A stretch of 58,265 nt of DNA from an uncultured Lentisphaeria bacterium (GTDB lineage Bacteria > Fidelibacterota > UBA8477), in NCBI GenBank assembly GCA_964543125.1, contig CAZIWX010000001.1, positions 1-58,265 of the forward strand, read 5' to 3'. A model generated the notes under the pieces. That model was given only the letters and a program-made list of their open reading frames with translations. It made no database searches and was not told the DNA's origin. Position 1 is the first letter of the stretch, and every line of letters starts with the position of its first letter. This document shows, one piece after another, positions 35,682-48,086 of this stretch. The position numbers and the translations under genes are program-made.

Positions 35682-35909
35682 TCTGGTCCCGCTGTGAGAG
35701 GCAAATGTATACCTGCACTCATTAAATACAAGTAAATAACTCACGATTTGGTCACCCGTGTGATTTTTCCCAGCGCAGTATTTCCGAACCGATTTGAATG
35801 GTCTCGGGGGTACAATCGATAACGACCTCAAAACCATCACGAAGATCCGACAAATTCAGTACTTCCCGGTGTTCCGGGTGGGACTGCAACTCAAACGGTG
35901 TAACAGGGG

Positions 35910-37706
35910 TCAGGGAAATCCTCGGGATTTTTCATCATTTGCAATACGGATGTGCAATTCCCGCAACTGTTTTTCGTCCACGCTCGAAGGAGCACCATCC
36001 ATGAGGGAGGTGGCCGAAGTGGTTTTGGGAAAGGCGATGACGTCCCGAATATTATCGGTACCGCTGAGTAGCATGATCAGCCGGTCAAATCCAAAGGCAA
36101 TACCGCCGTGGGGTGGTGCGCCATATTGAAAAGCTCTCATTAAAAAACCGAAGCGCCGTTCTGCTTCTTCCGGGTCCATACCAATCAGCTTAAACATTTT
36201 TTGCTGTAGCGCTGGCTGATGAATACGAATCGAACCACCCGCACATTCATACCCATTGATAACCAAGTCATACGCCCGCGCCCGCACCGCTGCCGGATCT
36301 CTGTCCATTAGTGGAATATCTTCCGGTTGAGGCGAAGTAAAAGGATGATGCCGGGCAACATAGCGCTGTTCTTCAGCGTCAAACTCCAGCAATGGAAAAT
36401 CAATCACGAACAACGGTTTGAACACATTAGCCGGAATCAAATCCTCCCGCCGGGCGATTTCGATTCGCAAGGCGCCCAGGGTTTGCAGACAGCGTTCCCC
36501 GTTCTCATCCGCCACGAGAAATAAAATATCATTATCGGTTAGCTGCCATTCGGATTTCAAATCAGCCAGGACTTTAGGATTGAAAAACCTGCTGATGCCA
36601 CCCGTGAGTCCGCCCTCGCCGACTTTAATAAAGGCCAGTCCCTTCACGCCGTAATAGGTTTTCACCCATTCCGTGAGACCGTCGATCATTTTGCGCGAGT
36701 ATTTATCCGCTACATTTTTTGCAACCAACCCTTTTACGCGTCCACCCTTGGCCAGTACGGATGTAAATCCTCCAAATTCACCCTGTTGGGCAAAATCCGC
36801 AAATTCCCGCAATGGCATTTCAAAGCGTAAATCCGGCTTATCACTGCCATAATTTTCCATTGCTTCAGCAAAACTCATGCGTGGGAAAGAGATGGGTAAA
36901 TCAATATCACACACCTCTTTGAAGATGGTCCGGGTTAGACTCCGGGCCAATTTCAGCACATCATCCTGGTCGACAAAAGACATCTCAATATCGATTTGCG
37001 TGAACTCAGGTTGCCGGTCGGCTCGTAAATCTTCATCCCGGAAACACTTCACGATTTGGAAATAGCGGTCAAGACCACCCACCATAAGCAGTTGCTTATA
37101 GGTTTGAGGTGATTGCGGCAGTGCATAAAAATACCCTTTATGCAATCGGCTGGGCACTAAGTAATCCCGGGCGCCTTCCGGTGTTGATTTCATGAGCACC
37201 GGCGTCTCCACTTCAATGAATCTTTTATCCGCTAAAAACCGGCGCGTGGTTTGGTAGGCGGCGTGGCGCACCATGAGGTTATGCTGAAGTTCGGCGGTTC
37301 TGAGTTCCAGATAACGATATTCCAGCCGCAATTCTTCGTTACCGCTTTCCCGGTTGGAAACGAGAAAAGGCAATGGTTTAGATTCACTTAACACTTCCAG
37401 ATCAGTGATCTCCAACTCGATCTCGCCGGTAGCCAGGTTCGGATTTACATTGCCTTCCGGCCGCTGAATTACCACGCCCCGGACGGCGATGACATCCTCC
37501 AAACCCAAGCGCTTGGCTTGCTTGGCCAACTCCGGTACTTTCACCGGATTGAATGTCACCTGGGTTTTGCCATACCGGTCTCTCAGATCAATAAATATTA
37601 GGCCACCATGATCCCGGCTGGTGGCGATCCAACCATTCAGATTGACCGTTTGGTTTAAATTTTTCCGGCTTAATTCTCCACAGGTATGGGTCCGTTTGAG
37701 TCGCAT
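35910..37706 (-). CDS. aspS: Aspartate--tRNA ligase
   Basis: Class II motifs: FRDEDLRADRQPEFTQID (motif 2) and GGIAFGFDRL (motif 3), plus the bacterial insertion domain. The start is trimmed to ATG 37706 (MRLKRTHTCGEL...). Confidence 0.95.
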   Translation of the reverse strand: MRLKRTHTCGELSRKNLNQTVNLNGWIATSRDHGGLIFIDLRDRYGKTQVTFNPVKVPELAKQAKRLGLEDVIAVRGVVIQRPEGNVNPNLATGEIELEITDLEVLSESKPLPFLVSNRESGNEELRLEYRYLELRTAELQHNLMVRHAAYQTTRRFLADKRFIEVETPVLMKSTPEGARDYLVPSRLHKGYFYALPQSPQTYKQLLMVGGLDRYFQIVKCFRDEDLRADRQPEFTQIDIEMSFVDQDDVLKLARSLTRTIFKEVCDIDLPISFPRMSFAEAMENYGSDKPDLRFEMPLREFADFAQQGEFGGFTSVLAKGGRVKGLVAKNVADKYSRKMIDGLTEWVKTYYGVKGLAFIKVGEGGLTGGISRFFNPKVLADLKSEWQLTDNDILFLVADENGERCLQTLGALRIEIARREDLIPANVFKPLFVIDFPLLEFDAEEQRYVARHHPFTSPQPEDIPLMDRDPAAVRARAYDLVINGYECAGGSIRIHQPALQQKMFKLIGMDPEEAERRFGFLMRAFQYGAPPHGGIAFGFDRLIMLLSGTDNIRDVIAFPKTTSATSLMDGAPSSVDEKQLRELHIRIANDEKSRGFP

Positions 37707-37903
37707 AAGTTTCCTTTTACTTCTTTCCCTCAAGTGCGGCAAATGTAATCTGTTACTTGCCTGCTGCAAAAATTGAATTAGTTAAAATCATTCGTGACTC
37801 ACCGATATATTTCACAATCAAAATTGCCCTTCGACTGGCTCAGGGAGACAATTTTGAATAAGTTTTTCCGAATTTCATAAAACCATATTTACCATCAGAT
37901 ACC

Positions 37904-37934
37904 AAAAAAAGCCGCTCAACTCGGAGCGGCTTTT
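37904..37934 (-). terminator. Rho-independent terminator closing the atp operon
   Basis: Stem GCCGCTC/GAGCGGC (37911-17/37924-30), followed on the minus strand by T7. It lies 23 nt downstream of the atpC stop. Confidence 0.7.
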
Positions 37935-37956
37935 AAATCTGTCAGATCCCTGTTAA

Positions 37957-38370
37957 TTAAGATTTCGACCGCTTAGCGATCCGCAACCGGTTCAGGGCAC
38001 GCTCCCGGGCGTCAAGATCTCGCTGCTCGTCCGCCAGTGCCTGTTGTTTCAGCGCCAATTGGTTTTTGGCCCGCTCGAAAGCTGCCTGAGCGCGTTGCAT
38101 ATCGATATCTTCAGCCGGCTCGGCGGTTTCCACCAAAAGCTGGACATGGTCCTTTTTGATTTCGGCATAACCACCACTGGTAGCCATGTACTTCACCAGG
38201 CTGTTTTTATTGATTTTAACCTCACCTACATCAAGTGCGATCATGGCCGGCACGTGTCCCGCCAGGACACCAAACAAACCATTGGTACTCGGGGCTCGCA
38301 GGTAAGTCACCTGACCTTCGTCAAATACCTGAGTGGGTGTGATAATTTCGAGATGAAAGGTTTTGGCCAT
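37957..38370 (-). CDS. atpC: F1 ATP synthase subunit epsilon
   Basis: 137 aa. N-terminal ...LEIITPT...V..L.AP...G.FGVL.GH.P... pattern. Last gene of the atp cluster. Confidence 0.9.
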   Translation of the reverse strand: MAKTFHLEIITPTQVFDEGQVTYLRAPSTNGLFGVLAGHVPAMIALDVGEVKINKNSLVKYMATSGGYAEIKKDHVQLLVETAEPAEDIDMQRAQAAFERAKNQLALKQQALADEQRDLDARERALNRLRIAKRSKS

Positions 38371-38388
38371 GATTAATGCATTGATTTC

Positions 38389-39807
<1,419 letters not shown>

Positions 39808-39834
39808 TTATCTCGGGCCGTATTCATTTAATAA

Positions 39835-40698
39835 TCAGTCATTCTCAGCCAAAGCTTCGGCTCCGCCCACAATTTCAAGGATTTCCTTGGTAATGGCCGC
39901 CTGCCGGGCTTGGTTGTATTCCAACTCCAGGCGTGAGATCATATCACTGGCATTGGTGGTGGCATTATCCATGGCGGTCATCTGCGCAGCCATATTGGCG
40001 GCATAAGATTCCAGCAGGAAGCGCCACAGCTGGACAGTTAAATGTCTTGGCACCAGGGACCGCACCACCTCTTCCCGGGAGGGTTCAAAGAGAAAATCCG
40101 TTGTATCAACCTGCTCATCCTCCTCCAAAACCAAAGGCAGATATAGCTGCTCCGTGACTTCCTGGGACATCACATTTTTGAAGGCATTGAATATGACTAT
40201 AATTTTGTCGTATTCACCATTCTGGTAGCGCTGAGTAATACTTTCAGTGAACTCGGCTGCGTGACCAAAGTTGAGTTCATTCCAAAATTCAGCATGGCTT
40301 TCAACCACGTTATACCCACGTTTGGTGAAATAATCCCTCCCCTTGCGGCCGATGCAAATTAGTTCGGTACTTTCACGGCCAATGGCGTCAATTGACTTAT
40401 GAGCAAATTTGATAATATTGGTGTTGAAACTACCGCTGAGTCCTTTATCCGAAGTAATGATCACAAACCCTGTTTTTTTGAAATCCCGAATGACCAGCAA
40501 CGGATGCAGGGTTCGGTCAATGTTGGGGATGAGATCTTTCAAAACGCTGTTGATGCGGCGAGCGTAAGGCCGGGCCTGTTCCATGTTGGATTGGGAGCGG
40601 CGCAACTTGGCTGCCGCCACCATTTTCATGGCTTTGGTCACCTGCTGAATGCTGGTGATAGCTGAAATGCGAGTCCGAATGTCCTTTAAATTCGCCAT
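39835..40698 (-). CDS. atpG: F1 ATP synthase subunit gamma
   Basis: MANLKDIRTRI..I..I..T.AMKMVAAAKLRR... N-terminus and a conserved C-terminal helix ...ITKEILEIVGGAEAL. Confidence 0.95.
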   Translation of the reverse strand: MANLKDIRTRISAITSIQQVTKAMKMVAAAKLRRSQSNMEQARPYARRINSVLKDLIPNIDRTLHPLLVIRDFKKTGFVIITSDKGLSGSFNTNIIKFAHKSIDAIGRESTELICIGRKGRDYFTKRGYNVVESHAEFWNELNFGHAAEFTESITQRYQNGEYDKIIVIFNAFKNVMSQEVTEQLYLPLVLEEDEQVDTTDFLFEPSREEVVRSLVPRHLTVQLWRFLLESYAANMAAQMTAMDNATTNASDMISRLELEYNQARQAAITKEILEIVGGAEALAEND

Positions 40699-40703
40699 AA
40701 TTC

Positions 40704-42227
40704 TTAAGCGATAAAGCCCTTAACAAACTCCTCGGTGACCTTACCGAGTTCCTGATCGATTTCGTCGGTCAGTTTACCGGTGCTAACGATTTTCTTCAGC
40801 AAATCCGCCTGACTGGTTTGGAGGTAATCCAGGAATTGCTTTTCAAAATCCTGAATCTTCCGCGCCTCAATCCCATCCAGATAACCACGCGTACCGGCAA
40901 AGAGAATTGCAATTTGTTGCTCTACCGGGATCGGCGAATACTGCTTTTGCTTCAAGATCTCGTACATGCGCAGGCCACGAGCCAGACTCTGCTGAGTCGA
41001 TTTATCCAAATCGGAACCAAATTTGGCAAATGCCGCCAACTCACGGTATTGTGCCAGATCCAGCCGGAGACGACCGGCAATTTTTTTCATGGCGCCGATC
41101 TGGGCGTTGCCGCCAACGCGAGAAACCGAAATACCCACATTCAGCGCCGGCCGTTGACCGGAGTAAAACAGACTCGCTTCGAGATAGATCTGGCCATCGG
41201 TAATTGAAATAACATTGGTGGGGATATAGGCTGACACATCGCCAGCCTGAGTTTCAATGATGGGCAATGCCGTGAGCGATCCGCCACCCAAGTCATCGTT
41301 TAGTTTGGACGCACGTTCCAACAAACGGCTATGCAGATAAAACACATCGCCCGGATAAGCTTCGCGTCCCGGCGGCCGCCTGAGGAGGAGCGACATTTGG
41401 CGATAAGCCACGGCATGCTTTGACAGATCATCGTAGACGATCAATGCGTGTTGGCCGTTATCCCGGAAAAACTCACCAATGGAGGCTCCGGCATAAGGTG
41501 CGATAAACTGTAGCGGTGCCGGATCGGATGCATTGGCAGCCACAATCACGGTATAATTCATGGCGCCGGCAGCTTCCAATTCCTTGGCTACACGAGCAAC
41601 GGTAGAGGCTTTCTGACCTATGGCGACATAGATACAATACACCGGCGAATCGGTTTGATGCGTGTATTTTTGATTGATGATCGTATCGAGAGCAACCGCG
41701 GTTTTCCCGATTTGACGATCACCGATGATCAACTCACGCTGACCGCGGCCAATGGGGATCATACTGTCAATGGCTTTCAGGCCGGTTTGCAAGGGTTCGT
41801 TCACCGGTTTTCGCGCAATCACACCGAGAGCCTTGCGTTCCACCGGAAAAGATTCCGTGGTCTTCAGTTCACCTTTGCCATCCAGGGGTTTGCCAATGGG
41901 ATTGATGACACGCCCCAAAACGCCCTCGCCCACGGGCACTTCTACCACGCGGCCGGTTCGCTTGGCCAGATCGCCTTCTTTAACCAGGCGGGTATCACCA
42001 AACAGTATCAATCCAACTTCATCTACCTCCAGGTTCATGGCCATGCCATACACGCCGTGGGGAAGTTCAACCAACTCGGATGCCAATACATTTTCCAGGC
42101 CGCTTACGCGGGCGATACCATCACCAACCATGATAACTTCGCCCACTTCCGCCACATCGTAGGACACATCAATCTGGTCCAACTCTTTGCGAAGAAGCGC
42201 TGTAATCTCATCTGTGCGGATTTCCAT
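40704..42227 (-). CDS. atpA: F1 ATP synthase subunit alpha
   Basis: Walker A GDRQIGKT. 507 aa. Confidence 0.97.
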   Translation of the reverse strand: MEIRTDEITALLRKELDQIDVSYDVAEVGEVIMVGDGIARVSGLENVLASELVELPHGVYGMAMNLEVDEVGLILFGDTRLVKEGDLAKRTGRVVEVPVGEGVLGRVINPIGKPLDGKGELKTTESFPVERKALGVIARKPVNEPLQTGLKAIDSMIPIGRGQRELIIGDRQIGKTAVALDTIINQKYTHQTDSPVYCIYVAIGQKASTVARVAKELEAAGAMNYTVIVAANASDPAPLQFIAPYAGASIGEFFRDNGQHALIVYDDLSKHAVAYRQMSLLLRRPPGREAYPGDVFYLHSRLLERASKLNDDLGGGSLTALPIIETQAGDVSAYIPTNVISITDGQIYLEASLFYSGQRPALNVGISVSRVGGNAQIGAMKKIAGRLRLDLAQYRELAAFAKFGSDLDKSTQQSLARGLRMYEILKQKQYSPIPVEQQIAILFAGTRGYLDGIEARKIQDFEKQFLDYLQTSQADLLKKIVSTGKLTDEIDQELGKVTEEFVKGFIA

Positions 42228-42247
42228 ATATCTCCTCAGTCTTTTGC

Positions 42248-42787
42248 TTAGGACTGACTTAACTTCTTTTTCAACTGTTCCAGGCGGGTGGCCAGGGAGC
42301 CATCAATTACCGTATTCCCCACCCGCAGACGTAACCCGCCGATAATGGCGGGATCCACAACCGTTTCAAACTCGGGTTTTTTGCCGTAGGCCTTCACAAC
42401 CCGTTGCGTGATTTCATGAATCTGGGCTGGTGACAGGATCACGCTGCTGGTGGCCACCACGCGCACCGAATTCTTCCGATCGTGATAAAGCAATGCAGCT
42501 TTTTTCATGATTTGAGGGAATAATTTCAGCTCACGCCGAATTGCTAATTGCAAAACGAAAGTGCGTAAGACCGGATGAATGAGTTTACCCAAAGCCCGAT
42601 CCAGCAACATTCCCTTTTGCTCCGGGTTGATCCGGGTTGTGATGAGAATAGCTTTCAACGCCCCTACTCGCCGCAGGATGGCGTCAAGTGTACCCAATTG
42701 TTGATACACTTCATCAACCACCTGCTCCCGGTCAGCCAGATTCAGAAGAATTTGAGCATATTTACGACTTTTAATGGCGGTATTCAT
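42248..42787 (-). CDS. atpH: F1 ATP synthase subunit delta (OSCP)
   Basis: 179 aa. Position between atpF and atpA, and an OSCP-like C-terminus ...IGGL.L.VG....DGS....L..L. Confidence 0.85.
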   Translation of the reverse strand: MNTAIKSRKYAQILLNLADREQVVDEVYQQLGTLDAILRRVGALKAILITTRINPEQKGMLLDRALGKLIHPVLRTFVLQLAIRRELKLFPQIMKKAALLYHDRKNSVRVVATSSVILSPAQIHEITQRVVKAYGKKPEFETVVDPAIIGGLRLRVGNTVIDGSLATRLEQLKKKLSQS

Positions 42788-42789
42788 AC

Positions 42790-43284
42790 TCAGGACTGTC
42801 CGAATTCCTGAAGCGTTTCATTGATGAGTCGTTCATTCTCCGGTTTGGAAAGTGTCTGACCCATCACTTTGCCGGCGGCATACAGCGACATATCCACAAT
42901 CTGATTCCGAATCTCGGCAATAGCCTTATCGCGTTCCGTTTGAATCTGGCGTTCCGCTTGTTTCAGCAAAGCTTCTGATTTTGCCTTGGCTTCGTCCAGA
43001 ATATCGGCTTTCACCTTTTCAGCGGTTTGCTTACCGGCAGCCACAATTTCCTGGGCTTCGTGGCGAGCCCGGGCAACCATATCTTCATAGTCTTTGGCCA
43101 CCTTTTCGGCTCCCAACCGGGCTTCGTTGGCTTGCGCAATGGAATCCTTGATGAACTGCTCTCGTTTTTCCAAGGCCTTCACCATGGGTTTCCAGGCTTT
43201 GGTTCCCAAGATCAGCAGAACCACCAAAAACGTGATCCAAGTCCAAAACATGAGCCCGGTATCGAATCGCATTAAATTTTCCAT
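42790..43284 (-). CDS. atpF: F0 ATP synthase subunit b
   Basis: Single N-terminal TM helix followed by a long charged coiled-coil. Position in the operon also fits. Confidence 0.9.
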   Translation of the reverse strand: MENLMRFDTGLMFWTWITFLVVLLILGTKAWKPMVKALEKREQFIKDSIAQANEARLGAEKVAKDYEDMVARARHEAQEIVAAGKQTAEKVKADILDEAKAKSEALLKQAERQIQTERDKAIAEIRNQIVDMSLYAAGKVMGQTLSKPENERLINETLQEFGQS

Positions 43285-43328
43285 GATGTCTCCGGTAGGT
43301 CCGTTTTCCTTACCAAATCGTGATCAGC

Positions 43329-43553
43329 TTATTTCAAAACAATAAGCAGCGCCACAACTTCGCCAATGATGGCGACGCCTTCCAGCAGGAAGAGCGGTAG
43401 GTTGACGGCATTGGTGATCGTGCCGGCTGCTTCCGGTTGCCGGGCGATCGCGTCCGCCATGCCATTAGCCAACCGGCCAATTCCATATCCGGCGCCGATC
43501 AAGATCAATCCGACTCCGATAGCTGCGCCAAGGTATGCGAGTGCTAAATCCAT
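43329..43553 (-). CDS. atpE: F0 ATP synthase subunit c
   Basis: 74-aa hairpin protein with the loop ARQPE and the helix-2 carboxylate in FLLEGVAIIG. Confidence 0.95.
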   Translation of the reverse strand: MDLALAYLGAAIGVGLILIGAGYGIGRLANGMADAIARQPEAAGTITNAVNLPLFLLEGVAIIGEVVALLIVLK

Positions 43554-43741
43554 TTACAAAACCTCCTTCAAAACTTTAGAGCTTTGTTTGTAATTAAATG
43601 TCTGTTCATCGTTAATTTTTCGGTTATTCCAATATCCCACTTCGACCGAATCCATCCGGTTAGTTAATCTCTTTCAGGAAATTTTAAAAAATCGTAAAAT
43701 GCATGGTTGAATACCAACTGCTCCTTCGGTGTTCAGCCCGT

Positions 43742-44563
43742 TTAATGTTGAGGATGAATGGCCATACCGATGAATACTGCCGAAAGGAGTGCAAATACAT
43801 ACGCCTGCACTAAAGAGACGATGATCTCCAGAAAATTAATTCCCACATTCAGCGCCACCGAACCAATCCCTATGTAAGCATTATGCAACAGGAAAATGGG
43901 TGCGAAAATTGCCAACATGGCGATATGCCCGGCGGTCATATTCGCCGCCAGCCGCATGGTCAGGGCGAAAGGCCGTACAAACATTCCCATGATCTCAATA
44001 GGGATCAGAATGAACATGATCGGCCAGGGTATATTTCCCGGAACCACACTCTTCCAATATCCAAAAAAGCCGTGTTCTTTTACGCCTGCCACAATGATGG
44101 CAAAAAAGGTAATAATCGCCAGCGCCGCCGTCAGGTTCACATTACCCGTGGCAACGGTACCGCCATGACCATGATCGATATAATTAAAAAGGGGGATTAG
44201 CCCCAGGAAATTCATCGTGACAATTAAGAAGAAAAAGGTCATGATGAGAGGCGCGTAAGTGGCGGCGTGGGCAGCGCCCAGATTGGGAATGACGATTGTC
44301 GACCGCACCCATGCGACAATCGCCTCAAGAAAATTTACAAATCCTCGCGGGGCTGTAATATCTCCTTTACGATAGCGCCGGGTAGGCACCAGGAACAGAG
44401 CCAGCAATAGTGCTGCGGCAATCCACAGCATGATCACATGTTTAGTGATGGAAATATCAAAATTGCCCAGGGATAAATGATACATCACACCGCTGTTAGC
44501 GACATGTTCGACAATCCGATCCCCAATTGTTTCCTCAGCCTGTCCGATTCCGGCCGACATCAA
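43742..44563 (-). CDS. atpB: F0 ATP synthase subunit a
   Basis: Conserved ...FALTMRLAANMTAGH... (essential Arg) and a polytopic topology. Confidence 0.95.
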   Translation of the reverse strand: MMSAGIGQAEETIGDRIVEHVANSGVMYHLSLGNFDISITKHVIMLWIAAALLLALFLVPTRRYRKGDITAPRGFVNFLEAIVAWVRSTIVIPNLGAAHAATYAPLIMTFFFLIVTMNFLGLIPLFNYIDHGHGGTVATGNVNLTAALAIITFFAIIVAGVKEHGFFGYWKSVVPGNIPWPIMFILIPIEIMGMFVRPFALTMRLAANMTAGHIAMLAIFAPIFLLHNAYIGIGSVALNVGINFLEIIVSLVQAYVFALLSAVFIGMAIHPQH

Positions 44564-44983
44564 TTAATTCTCCGTATTTTCAGATACCACGTGCCTCAAT
44601 AATGGCCGGATATGATAAGCTTCACTCAAGTGCCAGGCAAGAAAGTTTATCAGCAAAGAAATAACGAATGGAACCAGCCTGATATTGCGGCTCAAAACGA
44701 TCATAACCACCCACAATCCGAGCAGAATAAATTTAGTCATAAAGCTATATAACATAAAAGCTTGTGCCTGTCGAAAGGTGAGATCATGTTTATGGGAAAA
44801 AAGCCAGAGCGAGGCCGTTGAAATTACTGCCGGAACCAAACCTCCGGCCAGTATTGCAATGGCTATTTCCGGTTGTTTGGTTAGAGAAAAACCGGCGATT
44901 GTCAGACCATTCAGGGCAACCGCTGGCGCTAGGATCTTTAACGCCGGATTCATCACCTGTTTTTCCTGAACATCAATTTCCAT
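44564..44983 (-). CDS. atpI: ATP synthase protein I-like membrane protein
   Basis: Four hydrophobic helices, sited immediately upstream of atpB with a 0-nt gap. An alternative ATG at 44953 would overlap the preceding stop by 1 nt. Confidence 0.6.
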   Translation of the reverse strand: MEIDVQEKQVMNPALKILAPAVALNGLTIAGFSLTKQPEIAIAILAGGLVPAVISTASLWLFSHKHDLTFRQAQAFMLYSFMTKFILLGLWVVMIVLSRNIRLVPFVISLLINFLAWHLSEAYHIRPLLRHVVSENTEN

Positions 44984-45198
44984 AATTCATACATCCCCAC
45001 GACGACGCCAAGTAACGCACCAGTGAGCAACGCCCAGGGTTTCCACCCAAAGTGATAGTCTAAATAGTACCCCAATAAACTGAGCCCCAGTACGCTGCCA
45101 CTGATAGTTGTACCAGCTCCCAAGAGGTCTGAACGACGATTTTTTGATTCTTGATTTTCGGGCTTATAAAGAGGTTGATCTTTTGGTTGGTCAGCCAT
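44953..45198 (-). CDS. AtpZ/ATPase_gene1-like small membrane protein
   Basis: 81 aa. ...GSVLGLSLLGYYLDYHFGWKPWALLTGALLGVVVG... matches the two-helix AtpZ pattern. Confidence 0.6.
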   Translation of the reverse strand: MADQPKDQPLYKPENQESKNRRSDLLGAGTTISGSVLGLSLLGYYLDYHFGWKPWALLTGALLGVVVGMYELWKLMFRKNR

Positions 45199-45580
45199 TG
45201 CTCTGTGCCGGGAGGTCGGTCTTTTCCGTAATCACTGTCACTGATTCCGGTGTCATGGTGCTCTTGCCTTGGAACACGGCGCCATCCTCGATGATAAGTC
45301 GATTGGAAACAATATCACCCTTCAGTTTGGAATACCTGCCCAAGACGACTTTACCTTTCACCTTCACATCCCCTTCCACAATGCCACCGATGATGGCGTA
45401 TTCGCCCTGAAGACCACCGTGAACCACACCGGTTTCCGAAACCGTAACATACCCCGTAGCTTCCACCCTCCCATCTATTTCTCCATTAATGTGTATGCTA
45501 CCCTGGACGATCATGTCGCCGGTGACATGACTTCCACGGCCTACAATGGTTTCGATGCGTAGTATCCGGGTTGATGGCAT
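45191..45580 (-). CDS. Bactofilin (polymer-forming cytoskeletal beta-helix protein)
   Basis: 129 aa of repeating ...G.I.G.V....V.V...G.V.G.I... windings (VTGDMIVQGSIHINGEIDGRVEATGYVTVSETGVVHGGLQGEYAIIGGIVEGDVKVKGKVVL...). Confidence 0.85.
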   Translation of the reverse strand: MPSTRILRIETIVGRGSHVTGDMIVQGSIHINGEIDGRVEATGYVTVSETGVVHGGLQGEYAIIGGIVEGDVKVKGKVVLGRYSKLKGDIVSNRLIIEDGAVFQGKSTMTPESVTVITEKTDLPAQSNG

Positions 45581-45581
45581 T

Positions 45582-46415
45582 TTAATTCTCGATAGTTTGA
45601 GGAAAATTGCTGCTGTTATATACTGTAAATTCCGGAATCAGGGTCAGGGGATCGATGGGTACGCCGTCCAGCCAGATTTCGAAATGCAAATGCGCACCGG
45701 CGGAATGGCCCGTATTCCCCAGGATAGCGATGGGTTCGCCCCGATCCACCAGTTGGCGGGATTCCACCAGATTCCGCTGGTTATGAGCGTACACTGTCAT
45801 ATATCCATTTTGATGATCGATGATAACCATATTACCGTAATAGTAGGTCCAGTTTGAAAAAACCACAAATCCTTTGGCGGCCGCTTTGACGACCCGATCT
45901 TGAATGGACGACAGATCCACGCCCATATGATCAGTCAATGAAAATTTGGATTTCACCCGAAACGGCGCATTCACGAAACCACGAATGGGTGGGTAAGTCG
46001 GTAAATTGTCTAATAACCCGGCCGTGCGATACATGCCGCTCCTGTCGCCAGGTAGGGTCAGCTCACCACCCGTGGTTGCGGGGTATTCGGTCAATAACGA
46101 ATCTCTATTGTCCGGCAAATTCAGTTGAGTGCCCAGCGACTTCCGGATGAACTCGTTCACCTGTTTGATCCGCTTATAATCTTCCAGGACTTGTTCCACT
46201 TGGTTCCGCTCTTTCAGTAAGACCGCATTTTCTTTGGAAGAAATATTAAACTCGATGGCTCGGGGAACCAGATAAATAGCCAAGCCGATCAGTGCCAGAA
46301 CGACCACTATAATCAAAAAGATCAATCGACGCAATGTTTTGGCAGCTACCGTATAGGAGTGGCTGGGATCCTGATTGTCCGGTAAAATGAAAAAAGTGTA
46401 TTTATCCGCACGCAT
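45582..46415 (-). CDS. M23 (LytM-type) metalloendopeptidase, membrane-anchored
   Basis: N-terminal TM helix and a coiled segment. Catalytic motifs DHMGVDL (HxxxD) and GHSAGAHLHFEI (HxH). Confidence 0.85.
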   Translation of the reverse strand: MRADKYTFFILPDNQDPSHSYTVAAKTLRRLIFLIIVVVLALIGLAIYLVPRAIEFNISSKENAVLLKERNQVEQVLEDYKRIKQVNEFIRKSLGTQLNLPDNRDSLLTEYPATTGGELTLPGDRSGMYRTAGLLDNLPTYPPIRGFVNAPFRVKSKFSLTDHMGVDLSSIQDRVVKAAAKGFVVFSNWTYYYGNMVIIDHQNGYMTVYAHNQRNLVESRQLVDRGEPIAILGNTGHSAGAHLHFEIWLDGVPIDPLTLIPEFTVYNSSNFPQTIEN

Positions 46416-46420
46416 GGGGC

Positions 46421-47338
46421 TTAATGCCTTAGAGTATCAATAATTTCCATGAGCCGTGCCAAGTCTTCAGCGGAGTAATATTCGATTTCGATTTTACCCT
46501 GGTCCTGTTTCCGCCCCGGCTTGATGCTCACCCGGGTACCAAAAACAGTCATCCAACGCTCTTCCAAATTACGGACATAAATACTTTTGGTCCCAGAGAG
46601 CGAAACCGAACTTGAAGGGCTGTGATTTTTCATAGCCTGACGCACGGCCGCTTCGGTTTCCCGGACACTGAGACTTTTTTTCAGGATCCGGCGCCAAAGA
46701 TTGAGTTGCTGATGTGAATTCTCCAAGCCCAGGATAGCTCGGGCGTGTCCCGCACTGATTTGAAGATTACGCAAACTGCGTTTGATCTCTTCCGGCAGTT
46801 TTAGCAACCGCAAAGTGTTGGTCACGGTAGAGCGATTTTTTCCAAGGCTCTGTCCCAGTGTCTCTTGGGAAATGCTGTATTTATCAATGAGTAACCGATA
46901 AGCTTCAGCTTCTTCGAGGGGATTCAGATTCTGGCGCTGCAGATTCTCGATGAGCGCCAGCTCCAGCATGTCCACCTCGGAGCTGACCTCCAACAGATAT
47001 GCCGGGATTTCATCCCAGCCCAACTGTTTTACGGCACGCCAACGCCGCTCCCCGGCGATCAATTCATAAGCACCATCCACCGGCCGCACCGTAATGGGTT
47101 GAACCAAACCTTTAGCCTCGATAGAAGCAGCTAACTCATTCAGTGATTCCTGATCGAAGGCCTGACGGGGCTGGAACGGATTGGGTTTGATCTTGGCAAT
47201 GGGAATTTGACGAAATGAATCGGTGTCTCCCGGCGCGCCAATCTCTTCATCCAGCGTGCGATAATTCTGAATAATGGCCGCCAAACCCTGACCGAGCCGC
47301 TTTTTATTATCCGGTTTATTTGGGTCAGGCACGTTCAA
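46421..47338 (-). CDS. parB: Chromosome partitioning protein ParB
   Basis: ParB box GERRWRA, an HTH region and a C-terminal dimerisation domain. Confidence 0.92.
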   Translation of the reverse strand: MNVPDPNKPDNKKRLGQGLAAIIQNYRTLDEEIGAPGDTDSFRQIPIAKIKPNPFQPRQAFDQESLNELAASIEAKGLVQPITVRPVDGAYELIAGERRWRAVKQLGWDEIPAYLLEVSSEVDMLELALIENLQRQNLNPLEEAEAYRLLIDKYSISQETLGQSLGKNRSTVTNTLRLLKLPEEIKRSLRNLQISAGHARAILGLENSHQQLNLWRRILKKSLSVRETEAAVRQAMKNHSPSSSVSLSGTKSIYVRNLEERWMTVFGTRVSIKPGRKQDQGKIEIEYYSAEDLARLMEIIDTLRH

Positions 47339-48086
47339 GCATTTCCTCGACTAAGTTCATATAATTCGCAGCCCCGGTTGAGGTGGCATCGTATAAAATA
47401 ATCGGTTTACCGAAACCGGGAGCTTCACTGAGGCGTATATTCCGGCTTATGAGGGTTTTATATACTCGATCCTTAAAATAGGATTTCACTTCCTCTACCA
47501 CCTGTTTACTCAGATTCAACCGGCTATCAAACATGGTCATGACAACGCCCTCGATTACCAGGGCTTTGTTTACCGATTTTTGGACTTGCCGCACGGTATT
47601 AAGCAATTGTCCCAAACCTTCCAGCGCGTAATACTCACATTGAATCGGAATAATAAGTGAGTGGGCTGCCGTGAGTGAGTTCAGAGTCAACAATCCCAGC
47701 GAAGGCGGACAATCGATAATGATAAAATCGTATTGTTCTTCCACTTCCGATAAAGCCAGCTTTAGAATTCGCTCCCGGGCAATGGCTGAAATCAACTCAA
47801 CCTCGGCCCCCACCAAATTGGGATTGGATGGAATTATGTCCAAATACGGAAGTTGGGATTTTTGCATCACTTCAGCTACTGTTTTGTGCCCTAAAAGAAC
47901 TTGGTAAACATTGGGCACTTCGCCATTCACATGAACGCCGATACCGGTGGTGGCGTTGGATTGGGGGTCCATGTCCACCAGCAATGTCCGCTGTTCAGCA
48001 ACTGCCAAACCAGCAGCCAGGTTTACGGCGGTGGTGGTTTTTCCCACACCCCCTTTTTGGTTAACAATGGCGATTATTTTTCCCAT
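47325..48086 (-). CDS. parA: Chromosome partitioning ATPase ParA/Soj
   Basis: Deviant Walker A KGGVGKTT. The start is trimmed to ATG 48086 (MGKIIAIVNQKGGVGKTT). It overlaps parB by 14 nt. Confidence 0.92.
   Translation of the reverse strand: MGKIIAIVNQKGGVGKTTTAVNLAAGLAVAEQRTLLVDMDPQSNATTGIGVHVNGEVPNVYQVLLGHKTVAEVMQKSQLPYLDIIPSNPNLVGAEVELISAIARERILKLALSEVEEQYDFIIIDCPPSLGLLTLNSLTAAHSLIIPIQCEYYALEGLGQLLNTVRQVQKSVNKALVIEGVVMTMFDSRLNLSKQVVEEVKSYFKDRVYKTLISRNIRLSEAPGFGKPIILYDATSTGAANYMNLVEEMLERA

Noticed and set aside
37707-37903. T-box leader upstream of aspS
   Set aside because: The minus-strand leader has one imperfect hairpin (about 37821-37856). It has no specifier-loop, AG-bay or T-box consensus sequence.
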